DNA of 64,000 nt, the filler included, from Jimgerdemannia flammicorona (lineage: Eukaryota): the NCBI GenBank assembly GCA_003990765.1. It is 3 parts of 3 records of this genome, joined end to end, with 100 filler letters (N's around TTAATTAATTAA, not from the genome) between each part and the next. Parts side by side here need not be neighbours in the genome. Positions count along the whole stretch, not along the records: positions 1 to 21,459 come from RBNJ01001446.1; 2 more parts are not named here. One strand, written 5' to 3'. Made by a program: the position numbers and the translations under genes. The notes beneath the pieces are model-generated. The model did not search any database. It was not told the DNA's origin and worked only from the letters and a program-made list of their open reading frames with translations. Positions 1-12,921 of the stretch are shown one piece after another. Positions within the stretch are counted from its first letter, which is position 1. The number at the start of each line of letters is the position of its first letter.

Positions 1-122
1 TGAAAGAAAGAAAAAAAAAAATGAAGAGGTGGGGAGGTGACCCCTGATGGGGATAGGGAAGAGGGCAATGTTATTGTATACTTATTCATAGATTGGTAAA
101 AAAGATGGAGTACAAGGGACTA

Positions 123-150
<28 letters not shown>
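1..150 (+). mobile_element. 3' end and poly(A) tail of an L1/Tx1-like LINE inserted into family A pol
   Basis: Ends GAGTACAAGGGACTAT followed by an A run (124-150). This resembles the 3' end of the minus-strand LINE at 37732-37860 (GAGTCCAAGTGACTAT + poly A). Confidence 0.75.
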
Positions 151-153
<3 letters not shown>

Positions 154-3100
154 GAAATGCAGATATGTTCCAAAAATACCTGCAGAAGTACAAGCAATTT
201 GGGGTCAAGAATCATCTGAGGAAGAAGAAACTTCTGACCAAGAAGTTCCTGAACAAGAAGTACTTAAGGAGGAAGAAGTCCCTGAACTCATTCCCTAGGA
301 TGACCCTTACTGGATACCACCTGAAGACAATGATCCTTGGAATACAGAAGAAGGATCCAGTATAATCACCATTATCCCCAAGAAAGAAACTCACTTAGAA
401 AAAGCTTTTTGGCTAGGAAGATGTCCACACCAAATAGTCTTCCCCTCTCCTCAAGACTACTGCTATCAGTGTCATTTACTAGACCAATAGGAGAGACAGA
501 ACCCCCAGAGACCAGAACCTCTGAACACACTTGTACAGTTGACTACCTTCCAAGAGGTTACCACCAAGTTGCAAAGCCAATTCAGGGGACAAGGCTTCTT
601 CACCCAGACAGAAATATATCCCTTATCTACTCTTCCACCCACTTACAATCAAGATGGATACTGATTCCCAAGACAACACCAGATCAATAATTGGGAACAT
701 CATTTCTGAACAATGGGATATTGTAACTATAGAAGACACTCAGACTGCTGAGACTGCAGGTATCAGAAGATTCATCTCAGTCATGATGTTGCAGTTTACA
801 CCTTGAAGAGAGAAGATAACCAAAGTCAGATCCAAAAAAGCCAGGCCCAAAAAAGCTAGGTCAAAAAGCCAGAAAAAAGGATCCTCAAGATCTATGATTT
901 AGGAGAAGACATCCTAGCTCTCATCAGATATACAATCCACCAAGGATAGGCAGAAGATGATACCAACTTCATGGAAGCCCTTGACCCTATAGGAAGAAGG
1001 AGAATCAACTATCTCCAAGACCCCTCTACTGGGGCCAGATGGCCACACCTCAACCTTAGAGCTTGGAGGATCTCTGCTAGTAGAGCTTCAGCCCTAGGAC
1101 AGCCTGAACTCAGCAAGGACATTGCCCTGGATACCCTGCTACATCCAAAGGCCTAACCCCCAACCAAAGCTCACCCAGAAGATGTAGGGTATGATCTTCA
1201 CAGTCTAGAGGACAAATCTATCAAGCCTGGAAAAACCTTCATGATCAGAACGGGATTAGCCATACAGCCACCTCAAGGTCTGGACTTGCCAGACAAGGAA
1301 TAACTGTGGAAGGAGAAACCATTGACCCAGGATATATAGGTGAAATCAAGGTTATCTTACACAATAGCAGTGCAGAATGGCACTGAATCATTAGAGGACA
1401 GAAGATTGCCCAAGCAGTCTTCATGAAGGTCAAGACCCCATAGTTACAAGAAGTCTCTGACCTAACTGAAGGAACAAGACAAGCTAAGGGATTTGGAAGT
1501 TCAGATAGGAAGGAAGTACATCTCCTTCAAGTCAACCATCTCAAGAGGAATGTTCCCCAGCAGGTGTACTGGCAACCAGTCAGACTGTACAAGAATCTTA
1601 TCTTGGAGCCTGGAGAACAAACAACCTTTGAAATCTTTGTGCCACCCGACCCCAGAAACCTTTTCTTTGAACCCAAGGAAGATATCCCCCACCTGGACAT
1701 AGAGGGACACACATTCCCTGACAAGATGAATCCAGCATACTCCCAAGCAATCAACCAAAGTTGGGAAACCATCATCTTGCTGAAAGGAACCATCATAGGA
1801 CATCTGGTGCCTTTTCTCAATTGAACTCATAGAGAAGTTTATGAACTAAACTTATCAGGAAATAGCAAAAGGTCCTAGAAGAAAGGAAAGGCACCTCTGC
1901 GATCCAGGAGACAGTGAAGCCTTCCACCAACATTGGTGAAGAATTGACACCTCAACAATAGTAACAACTAGTAGAACTTCTCAACAAATTTCAAGATATC
2001 TTCACCACTAATTATGGCAACCTGCCATACAATCCATCATATCACTACAGCATAAATACAAGAAATGTAACACCCATCTAGCAGAAACCCTATAGAATAC
2101 TCCATCACTTGAAAACATTCAAAAAGGAGCACATTCAAGAACTCTTAGACAATGGGGTCATCTGACCCTCTATCAGCCTCTGGGCCAGCCCTATACTTAT
2201 TGTACCAAAGAAAGGAGGATAGAGACTCTGTGTAGATTACAGAAAACTCGATTCAGTCACTGAAAAAGATGTCTATCCTCTGCCCAGAATCAATGACCTC
2301 TTGGATCAGTTACAAGATACCAGATACTTCAGCAGTATGGACCTCTTTGCAGGATTCTATGAGATCCCCATAGACCCCAAGGACATTCAAAAGACAGTCT
2401 TCCTTGCTCTAGAAAAACTGTTTGAATATCTCTGAATACCCTTTGGACTTTGCAATGCACTCCCCACCTTCCAGAGGATGATGAATTCAGTCTATGCCCT
2501 CTTGATCCACCACTGCCTGATTGTATATATGGATGATTCCAACATCTATTCAGCAAAATTCGAAGAACATCTGTACCACCTAGAGGAATTCTTCAAACTC
2601 ACCTGCAAGAACCACTTGAGACTGAATGCAAAGAAATGCTACTTTGGTAAACAGAAACTTGAATTTCTTAGATTCATAGTTTCAAAAGAAGAAACCCATG
2701 TAGACCCAAAGAAAACTGAGAAGATCAACAATTGGCCAGTACCCAAAACCCTGAAGGAAATACTATCATTCCTGATGCTAGTATCCTACTACAGAAGGTT
2801 TATTAAAGACTTTGCCCAAATTACTGCCCCAATCTGAATCCTTCTCAAGAAAGGAGTACTATTCAAATAGACAGAAATACAAGAAAAAGCCTTCAGAGAA
2901 CTCAAGAACTGTATGACTACAGCACCAATCCTTATGTGCCCCAATATACAGAAGCCATTCATCTTATATACAGATGCCTCTAAAGATGGCCTCAGGGCAG
3001 TTCTGGCCCAAGAAGGACCTGATCAACAGTACCATGTAATAGCTTATGCAAGCAGAGCTACCAATCAGCAGCAGATGAACTATGGTAGCACCAAACTGGA

Positions 3101-3318
3101 ATGTCTTGCAGTCATATGGGCAGTCACCTTGTTCAAGCATTACCTCATTGGCTCTGATTATAGATCTTGCAGCCCTCAAATGGCTATTCAACTGCAAGAG
3201 ACCCACTGGAATCCTAGTCCACTAGATCCTTATCCTTCAGGATTACAAAATCACCATCATTTATAAAGCAGGGAAAGCTCACAACAATGTTGATATACTT
3301 TCCCACCAGCCCCAATAA
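151..3318 (+). pseudogene. pol: Family A pol (linker-dUTPase-RT-RNase H), disrupted by stops and frameshifts
   Basis: WASPILIVPKKGG, LCVDYRKL, YMDD at 2526-2537, FILYTDAS, KLECLAVIWAV, HNNVDILS; frame ends at TAA 3316-3318. Confidence 0.92.
1130..1503 (+). pseudogene. dut: dUTPase domain of family A
   Basis: LHPKA*PPTKAHPEDVGYDL, TIDPGYIGEIKVILHN, GQKIAQAVF and a terminal GFGS, matching trimeric dUTPase motifs. Confidence 0.9.
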
Positions 3319-4394
3319 ATCAGAAGAAGGGTGTCCCAAGGAACTATACTCTAAAGGAAGCTCCTCAGACCATCAAAACACAAAAAGACCTTATCTGAAA
3401 AGAATATCAGAAAGCCCATCAGAGATAAGTAAATATAGAGGAAAAGTTGTGAACTACACACCAACATTGGCACAACCTCAGAATACAAGTCCAGGACATA
3501 CTCAAGAAATGTGACACCTATCAGAAGTACTAAGGAAAGAAGAACTACCATGCATCATTATAACTAATTATACCACTAGACAACATTTTTCAGAGATGGG
3601 GAGTAGATGTAATTAAACCTCTACCAGTTATATCAAGAAGAAACAAATATATTCTTATATTTGTAGAATATCTGACCAAGTGGCTCAAGGCTTTTCCAAT
3701 GGAAATTGCAGATGCCTTAACCATTGTAGGCCTCCTCTATGGACTCACACTCAGATATAGACCTCCAGAAGAACTTATCTCTGACTGAGGCACAGAATTC
3801 ATCAACAACATAATCACAAGTTATGCCCAAATTCACAAGATCTACCTCAAAAAGACTATATCATACTACTCTCAGACCAATGGCATGACAGAGAGAATGA
3901 ACCAGACCATTAAGAAAGGACTTGCCTAAGTCAATCCTACTAATTGGGACCACTACTTACCTGAGATCCTATGGGAAATTTAGAATACCCCTGCTGCCTC
4001 CACCAAACAAAAGCCATTCAAAATGATATTTGCCAAGAAAACCAGAACTACTGACCATGAGAATCTTGGAGACCTCCTCAAGAAGACAGAATAGTTATAT
4101 AATCAAGTCTGAGGACAGATTATCAAAGCCCAAGAAAGACAAAAGAAGTACTATAACCAAAAACAGAAGGATCAGGAGATCAAGATTGGAGATCAAGTAC
4201 TAGTTTGGAGAAGTATGATTGAAATGAATTTTTCTGCCAAATTGGAACCCAAATGGGAAGGACCTTATCTTGTATATAACATCAGAGGAACTAACAACTA
4301 TTTAAGAAGCATGGATGGACAATCTCTGAGAACACCAGTATACATCAATTACCTCAAACTATATTTTCCCCTATACCATAAGCCAAAGGATTGA
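3315..4394 (+). pseudogene. Family A integrase, in a different frame from RNase H
   Basis: Decayed HHCC zinc finger (..KKCDTYQK), FQRWGVDVI, ELISD*GTEF, QTNGMTERMNQTIK, KLEPKWEGPY. Confidence 0.9.
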
Positions 4395-4893
4395 TCAGCA
4401 CCTCCAGACATTGGTCCTCAGCTCCTTCCAGGCCCTACTAGTTTCTCTACCTCAATTCAGTCAAGCCAATGGAAACCCCCTTCAGAAGATCCAAGTTCAT
4501 CAAGAAAATCTCACCTTGGCCAGGCACCTACTACAAGTCCACCAGCTGCAGGCCTATTATGCAATTGGCAAACAATTGCAGAACCTTCCAACCCCAGAGT
4601 AGACTTATATCAGGAATACCACAGGTCTGACCAGGAGAGACACTACTACTACAGACAGACTATACACCATTTATAAATGAAATGTCACAGCTCTGATATA
4701 AGCACAGTTCTCTCTGAACAATATTCAAGAAATGAATCCTGTTACCTATTTGAGTATCATCAATTCTGTCAAAATTCTATTCTCCAAAGAAGAAGAAGAG
4801 CCCATAGAATAGAGTGATCCTAGTACAGACAATAAAGATGATGGAGCAGGTATAGATACAGAAGCAGCCTATGCTTATTGGAATAATGACTAA
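4378..4893 (+). pseudogene. Family A accessory ORF (~170 codons) between integrase and PPT
   Basis: Single frame with four internal stops consistent with C>T or G>A decay. Reads LQAYYAIGKQL...TTTDRLYTIY...EEEEPIE*SDPSTDNKDD. Probable start ATA (decayed ATG) overlaps the integrase end. Confidence 0.65.
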
Positions 4894-4920
4894 AGAATAG
4901 TCTGGGACAGACCATCCTTT

Positions 4921-4932
4921 AGTGGGGGCTAA
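4921..4932 (+). other. Polypurine-tract-like sequence of family A
   Basis: AGTGGGGGCTAA immediately precedes TGTAA (LTR start). Confidence 0.6.
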
Positions 4933-6635
4933 TGTAATAAGACCAAAATGTACCACCCAAATTATAACTTAGCCAGATGACATGAACAATTGGCATACTT
5001 AACCAGATGACACAGGCTCCCAGCATGACATCCAATGTATCATAGTTATCCATACTACCACATCTATAATTAGCTGGACATACCAGATAGAGTCTGTTTA
5101 CCTGTATAGACTCTATACACCATACAGACTCTGTATACTGTACTAGTGCTCCCAAACAAGTCAAATCAATTCAAATCGAATTGAATTGAGGGTTAAACGA
5201 GTCGAATTGAATTGGAATCAAATTGAGGGTCTGATTTGAACCCTAAATTTCAAAATGCAATAACTCGGCGTAAACTCATCCAAATCTAATGTTCTTTAGC
5301 TTGTTAGAATCACATTAATACGGTGAATCTAACAAGCTAAAATACGTTAAATTTGGATGAGTTTTCGTCGAGTTATTACATTTTGAAAATTAAGGTTCAA
5401 ATTGAACTTCGAATCGAATTGGACCCTTGATTCGATCAAATCAAATCAAGTTTGGGCCAAATTCGATTCGATTCGATTCATTGGGAGCACTATACTGTAC
5501 AGGACCTGTTCACTATACAAACTCTGTACACCTGCCATAAGTAGAAAATCTATAATTAGCCACATAGTAACCAGATAGCAATCATGATATATAAATTACC
5601 CCAGAGACAAGAGTGAATAAACCTCAGTCTGAAAGTTGAACACAAACCAAAGCAAAAGTCAATTTTCTGGTATACTTAGGAGAAACACCTGCCAAAAGCC
5701 ACTTGATCCAGAAAGGATTGCAATACTTAGGAGATATGCCTGCCAATGAGCCACTGCCAAGAAGTTGTGAGCTTGGTTCTCTTCTCTTCCACTCTGGTCC
5801 ACTTTCTGATATAAAGAATGAGTCCATTTTTGGTTTGCTTGCCAGATAAGTCTGAAGATTTGCTGTCTAAGTACTTTGCCACTGTTTTCCAGTTAAAGCG
5901 ACTGATTCAGGAAGAATCTGCACCAGTAGTATTCTCAGTTGAAGTCACCAAATCAGATGAATCCACACCACTCAAGTTATTTTCCAGAAGCCTGCTGATT
6001 CTGAAGAGTCTGCATCATCTGCTATTTTTGAGTTATCTATATTTCCAAAGAACTCATGCCATCTGAGTAGTACTCTCAGTTGAAACCGAACCCACAATAT
6101 CCAAGTTATCCAAGTTATCCAAATTATCTGCCACTAAGTTATTCATTGTTCCCAGTGAGCCTGAGAAGAACCTGCTGCTAGTATAATTCCCAAATGTCCT
6201 GTATAAGAAATCTGTCATACTACACAAAGATTGCCCACTATCCAAGAAGGAGAACCACTAAATTACCAGACTATCACACACAGAGATCATTGCACTACAC
6301 AGAGATCGCCACACAAATTGTATAAGAAAAACCACCAAATTGCCAGACCATCATACATAAGGAAGATTGTCATACTATACATAAATTTCTACCAATTCCC
6401 AGTTGACCCAAGAAGGAAATCTATTCACATACAAATCACTGCTATACCTAGAGAATCATCCCAATAAGAAAATCACTTACAGATATCCAGCTTTGAATAT
6501 TATACCACTAAACACCAAAGACCTCAGGAATCTTAGAATATTTTGTTGCTTTTTGATAAAGTAACTGGGGGTTCAAGCCAAACTACATTAACCACCAACC
6601 TTATAATTTGCCTCTATTAAGCCAGGTATATTACA
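4933..6635 (+). repeat. Family A 3' LTR (contains a MITE insertion)
   Basis: TGTAA...TTACA ends. Homologous to 20173-21411 and 51294-52349. TATAAA and AATAAA near 5590-5621. Confidence 0.9.
5144..5492. mobile_element. Foldback MITE, hAT-like (12-bp TIR, 8-bp TSD)
   Basis: TIR TAGTGCTCCCAA...TTGGGAGCACTA. TSD TACTGTAC at 5136-5143 and 5493-5500. Long internal inverted arms around ~5315. Confidence 0.9.
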
Positions 6636-7680
6636 ATATATATATAGAATATTATACTAACTAGTAAAATTATGACTGAGTACTCTTTTGAATTTACTAA
6701 TAATATAGAGAGTATTATTCTTCAACTATTTATCACTTCTGCTATTTAAGTAGAAATAGTTATAATCTTTTTCTCAGGAATAGCAGCTGAGTTCTGATAT
6801 ACTCTAGAAGAATATCTAGTAATCTGAGAAGATCACTCTCAAGTTATTATACAGAACCCAACTAATAACAGACCAGAATAGAATGACCATAATGCAGTCT
6901 CAGAACTCAAGACCCTCTTACTGAACAAATTCTAAATACTATCTATATTTAAGAAATCTAAAACAAGATGATCCATATGAATGATAAAGAAGATCTCAAA
7001 ATCTTTATCACTAGGATAGATATCTACTTCAAGACTATGGGACTTATCTATTAAGAAAATAACCTAGCTATCAATAGTATTAGGGCTAATTATCTCTTTA
7101 CAGTCTTACCAGATTGACTCATATGAAAGATTAAGGAACAAGACCTTTCTCAGAGATACAGCTACTACTTATAGTATTTTGTCCAAGTATAATATAGGGT
7201 CTATGAAATTCTAGCTATCCAAGCTCTATAAAACTGAGAACCCAGGAAGAACCAATAAGACAAAAGGGCTAACTCATCTAGAAACAAGGCCAGAACAGCT
7301 AAAAGAAATATAGAAGAACTAAGACATACATTGACAATGAATAAAGATAGCTCTATAATAAGAGTCTATACTTTATTTATAAGAAGAAAAAATATATATT
7401 CTATAACTGTCCAGAAAAAATGAACAAAGACTTATCTAGTAAACTAAGAAAATATAGTATCACCATTATTAGAGAAAGATTAAAAAAGAAAAGTCTATAG
7501 AATATTATTAAGAAACAGAAGATATTCTATAAGATAATTATTTCTACTAAGATATACTCAATCAATATAGACTATAATCTCTATAATAACTAAGATCTTA
7601 CTATTCTACTAAGCTCAAATATAACAGTATGAACTTATATTAATATATATATAAGCCTTTAAGGGAATTTATATCTATCT
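6636..7680 (+). mobile_element. Highly decayed Gypsy gag/protease-like remnant
   Basis: Coding-like AT-rich sequence with many stops; only weak resemblance to gag by eye. Confidence 0.35.
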
Positions 7681-7689
7681 AGCCAAATA

Positions 7690-8860
7690 AAGTAGTCTGG
7701 CTAAAGAATTCAACATTGGCCTAGGAGGTGTAGCCATTTTGAGATGGCAACTCAATATATATATCAATATATAACTTATATCATTTTATCAAATTTATGT
7801 CATTTATTAGTAATATATGAAATATACAACCTATGTAACTTCAATAAAGTATCTCTCTTATACTATAAAGGTTATAGGCTCTATTAGTACTTAGCAATAA
7901 TAATAATAAATACATCTCTTTAAAATATACTATACTAGAAATGTCTGATGAATAGTCTAGTAATATAAGTACAGAAATAGATATACTAATCACAAGTATT
8001 CCTATAGGTATAACTATAACAATAACTACAATAAGTATGGGAAGCACAGTCCCAGTTATAAGCATAAATATAGCCAAGAGGTCTATCTCAATCTTTGATG
8101 GGAAATATTATATAATCTGGGCATTCTATATAATAAATCTCCTTGATAAATATGTATAGCTTAGCAGAGTATACAAAGTTACAAGCACTGATTCAAGATT
8201 ATGATAGTATAAATGACTATCAAGTATTATACAAGATTATATTTATGCTATCTAACTCCCAAACAAAGCTTATAATATATATAGTAATTACTCACAAGAT
8301 ATGAGAGACTCTATACAATCACTATGTACAAATATCTATATTGAATCAATTTCATCTGAAATCTCAGTTATTCAATCTATGAATGAAGCCAAAGGAGACT
8401 ATCTATAAATATGTCAGTTACATTGATAATCTGGTAAATTAGATAAATTTTCTAAGTATATTAGTACAATATATAAGCAATAAAGACAAGGTTTTAGCCC
8501 TTATAAGAAATCTCTCTGAAGCTATCATGTTGTAGTAGTGGTTATGTGGGAGAGTAGCAAACTCACAGATTATACCTATGTCATAATGAGCCTCATAAAT
8601 AAGAAAATATATCAAGAAAACAGTACCACTGATAATGACAAAAATATATTCTATAGGTTGCTTGGACATAGTACCAAATGAGGTCAAAAATATAAACAAC
8701 AAGGTCAATGAACTCAAATCCAAAATCAATATAATGGCAGTCAATCAATCAAGTATGATAGTTACTATAAATACTATGATAAGTATGAACATAGAAAGTG
8801 TAACTATTATGTACTATTGGAAAAATGATAAGAAGAGTAGTGAAAATAAGCATAGAAGTT
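7690..8860 (-). mobile_element. Decayed Gypsy integrase remnant related to family D
   Basis: 8170-8340 aligns by eye with 53280-53440 (GAGTATACAAA...GATTCAAGATTAT); integrase-core-like on the minus strand. Confidence 0.6.
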
Positions 8861-8864
8861 AGTG

Positions 8865-11368
8865 TCTATGTTACAGCAGATGGTACACAAGCTACCCCCC
8901 TTGGCAAAATCCAAGAAGTCCCTATCAAGATAGGAGGAGCTACCATTCCAGTAGACATGATTGTTATAAGCACCACCAACTATGACATCCTCATTGGCAA
9001 TCAATGGCTTCACAAGGCCAAGGCCATCATTGACCTCAATGCCCAGAAGATATAGATCAACTACAGAGGAAGAAAGGTACGAGTTTCTATCAATGTCTAT
9101 AAAGGAGTCCTGCCAGACATAGAGGAAGGAGATGAAGAAGACACAGAGATCTTTATGCACTCAGTGAACAAGAACAAGAACAAGACACCCAAGCTCACAG
9201 ATGAGCAGTGGTATAACAAGAACATTGATGGGTATACCCCTCAAGGAAGATGCCTCCATGGTACTAGAATGTACTGCTCTGAACACCTGAATGACTGCTG
9301 GTCCTGTATCAGTGAAGTCAGGAAAATCTGCCAACAGAAACACATGCAAGAAGCTGCTGAAGCAAAAAGGAAAGCTGAAGAAGATGACCAGCCCCCAGAG
9401 CTTCAAGCTGGCAGTGACAATGAGGAGAAACAAGAATCAGACATCACCCTCAAGGTCAAGAAGTTTCACCCTGAAGCCAAGATCCCAGAATACAAGACTG
9501 AAGGAGCCATAGGAATGGACCTTACTAGCATCCAAGATGCTACCCTCAAACCACAGACCACCACTCTACTTGGCACTGGAATTGGAGTCAAGTTGCCAGA
9601 AAACCATACTGGAATTATCAAGACTAGGAGCATTCTGGCCAAAAGTGAAATCTCAGTTGAAGGAGGAGTAATTGACCCTAATTACACTGGCGAGATTTTT
9701 CTCATAGTCAGAAATCACAACCACACCACCCCCTTCGAAGTCAAGAAGCATGACAGGATTGGCCAGATGCTGATCCACGAAATCAAGAAGCCCAAGATCA
9801 TAGAAGCCACTGAACTTATCAAGACTAAGAGAGGAGAACAAGGCTTTGGATCTACTGGAAGAGGAGTCTATACTGCCACCAAGATTACAGAACTTGAGTA
9901 CAAGAAAGGCAAGGACCAGAACAAGCACACATATACCATTGGAGAAAACTTTCCCCTGGAGGAACAACTTCTCAAGATCCTCTACCAGAACAAAGGAGTA
10001 CTTGCTACAGACTTTAGGGATATCCACAATCAAGAACCCAAGTACTATACTGGTGATACCAAGCCTATCTATCAGAAAGCCAGACCCATACCACCTGCCT
10101 ACAGAGAGTGGCTACAAGCCAAACTCAAGGAAATGAAAGAAGCCAGAATCATCAAGCAAGCTATCAGCCCCTGGGCCTCACCCATTGTCCTTGCCCCAAA
10201 GAAAGGAAGCAAGCCTGGAGAGTTTGCACCAAGACTCTACATTGACTACAGAAAACTCAATGCCATCACCAAGAAGGATAGGCAGCCCTTGCTGAATATT
10301 CAAGAAATCCTTACCATCCTTGGAAGTAAAGCCAAATACTACACCACCTTGGATCTGTTCTCAGGCTTCCATCAGATCGGTCTTACTCAAGATGCTAGTG
10401 AGAAATCAGCCTTCATCACACCTAATACCACCTATATCTATCTGCAAATGCCATTTGGAATGTGCAATGCCCTAGTAAGTTTTTAGCAAATGATGAACAG
10501 AGTCTTCAGTAATGAGATTGGAAAATGGCTCTTTGTCTATGTTGATGATGTGATCATCTTCAGCAACACTGCATGGGAATATATCAATCACATATAGCTA
10601 GCACTCAAGAGGCTCTAGGAGTATGGCCTCTACATCAAGCCTAAGAAATGTAAGTTTGTAGCTCAAGAAATCACCTACCTAGGACACCTCATCAACCAGA
10701 CTGGAATCCACACAGACCTCATGAAGATCGAGGCTGTTGCAGCCTACCCGAGATCCAGAACAACTATAGAAGTCCACACCTTCCTTGGACTGTCCAGCTA
10801 CTATAGAAGATTTATCAAAGGATACTCCAATATTGCAGTATCTATCTATGAGCTACTGAAGAAGGAGACCAAATTCAAATGGACCAAGGAGTGCCAAGAA
10901 ATCTTCAATGAACTCAAGATCAGGTTGACCCAAGCACCCATCCTCAGAAGACCAGACTGGAACCTAGAATTCATCCTGCAGACAGATGTGAGTGCTATAG
11001 GACTTGGAGCAGTCCTAGCTCAGAAGAAAGATGGACATGAATATGTCATCTCTTATGCAAGCCGAGGTACCTGTAGAGTAGAACAGAACTATGAGTCATG
11101 CAAGCTTGAATGCTTAGTGGTAGTTTGGGCAGTATACAAGTTCCACTACTACCTAGCCGGAAAACACTTCACCATTCAAATGGACTATTCTGCTCTTGTC
11201 TGGCTATTCTACACTCTGAACCCCAAAGGAATATATGCCAGATGGATCTACAGGCTGCAAGAGTATGACTGTACTGTCAAGCACTGCTCAGGAAAGACCA
11301 ACACCAATGCCGATGCACTCTCAAGGACACTCTGAAACACCCCCATCAAGACTACTCAACATGAATAA
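8865..11368 (+). pseudogene. pol: Family B pol: protease end, Cys/His linker, dUTPase (~9440-9860), RT, RNase H
   Basis: GAIGMDL, GGVIDPNYTGEI, RGEQGFGSTG, WASPIVLAPKK, YVDD at 10538, FILQTDVS, NADALSR. Confidence 0.95.
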
Positions 11369-12608
11369 GGAGCTATACTATGGATTAATCAGCTACCTTG
11401 GGCAGCAGAAGATGCCCAATCACCTCAAACCTTGGACAATCACCATCATCAACTGGACTTGGAAACAGTTTGAATTAGACAACACTATACTCAGAAAAGG
11501 AGGAAAGCTAGTAATACCTGAATATAAGAAGTATCATGTAATGAAGGAAGTACACAAGCAAGGACACTTAGGAGGAACCAACACATATAACAAGGCAAGA
11601 TGAACCATGTGGTGATCCAAGATGGAAGAAGACATGCGCCAATTTGTCAAAGGGTGTGACAAGTACCAAAAACAGAAACAAGATCAGCAAGACCAGGCAT
11701 CCGGATCATGAAGAATTGAGCCTATCTCCTTCCACCACATCGCAATGGATATCATTGGACCACTACCAGTAATACTATCAGAAAACCACTATATTATAGT
11801 TATTGTAGACCTCTTCACCAAATGGATAGAGGCAGGAGCACTACAAGAAGCCAATGCTCTCTCTATAGCTTACTTCCTACACTAAGAAATCATCTGCTGC
11901 TACAAGACACCAAAGCAAATCACAACAGACCACAGTACAGAATTTGTCAATGGATTCCACGAGATAATGTATCAGAAATACAAGATCCAGCACATCAAGA
12001 CCACTGCATACCACCCTGAAGGAAATGGACAGACAGAGAGAACCAATAAGACCCTCAAGAATATCCTGGCGAAGATCTCAGAGACATATGAGAATTGGGA
12101 TAACTATCTCCCAACTGCCCTCTCTATTCTATAAGACATATGGTCACAGAGCACACATTCTTCTCCAAGAGAGCTGCTCTTCAGAGAAGAAGATTCTGAT
12201 GGAACCTCAGCCACAAATCTAGATCTAACTTGGAGACAGGTTGATGCAGAAATCCAGAGACTACACTAAATCAGGAAGAAGGCTGAAGATTACATCACCA
12301 AGTTATAAGCACTGACAAGGAAGAATGCAGAAAAGAATCACAAGGCCCTAGAACCCATCTGAATCAGAGAAAAGGTTCTACTCTATTGAAATATGGTAGA
12401 AGCCTCATGGTTGCAAAAACTGGAGCCCAAATGGGAAGGACCCTTCTATGTGCAAGATATCAAGGGAACTACCTTCTAGCTTAGAAAAATCTCAGAGACC
12501 ATACTGTCTACCATGGTACATAGAAACAGACTCAAGAAGTATCATGAACCTATACAAGAGAAGCAAAACATGATGACTACCCATGAGGTTCTAGTCCATG
12601 AATCATAA
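11361..12608 (+). pseudogene. Family B integrase as a separate ORF starting MNKELYYG
   Basis: HKQGHLG...CDKYQK, HIAMDIIGPLP, TAYHPEGNGQTERTN, KLEPKWEGPF. Frame is +1 relative to RNase H. Confidence 0.9.
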
Positions 12609-12921
12609 CAGCATGTCCCATGACCAGCAGGCTATCTGTCTGGACCATTCTCTAAGGGATACAGCACTGGCAACTACTCATCCATGAGACTTTCGCAGTC
12701 AGAGGAGTTTGAACCATCAACTGATTGGTCAAGATCAGAATCAGGCCCTTGCTCTATATGAAAGGAGTAATCCTTCACTATTACACCAAAATACAAAGAG
12801 AAGACACCAGCTCATAAACATCAGTTTTTGACCCCTTGCCAGAGGTTATGGGATCAGCAAATTTTTCAGGACTGGACCAATGAATAAGGATGCTCAGGAA
12901 GATCCTTATTCAGGAGGAAGA

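Larger units (their letters stand above)
151..6635 (+). mobile_element. Ty3/Gypsy LTR retrotransposon, family A copy 1 (3' part: linker, dUTPase, RT, RNase H, integrase, accessory ORF, 3' LTR)
   Basis: Domain order RT-RH-INT, PPT-like tract, TG...CA LTR. Collinear with the minus-strand copy at 43469-52349. Confidence 0.93.

Noticed and set aside
12613..12920. Additional ORF between family B integrase and the PPT
   Set aside because: All three frames have stops and only one copy is in the window, so no frame can be chosen.
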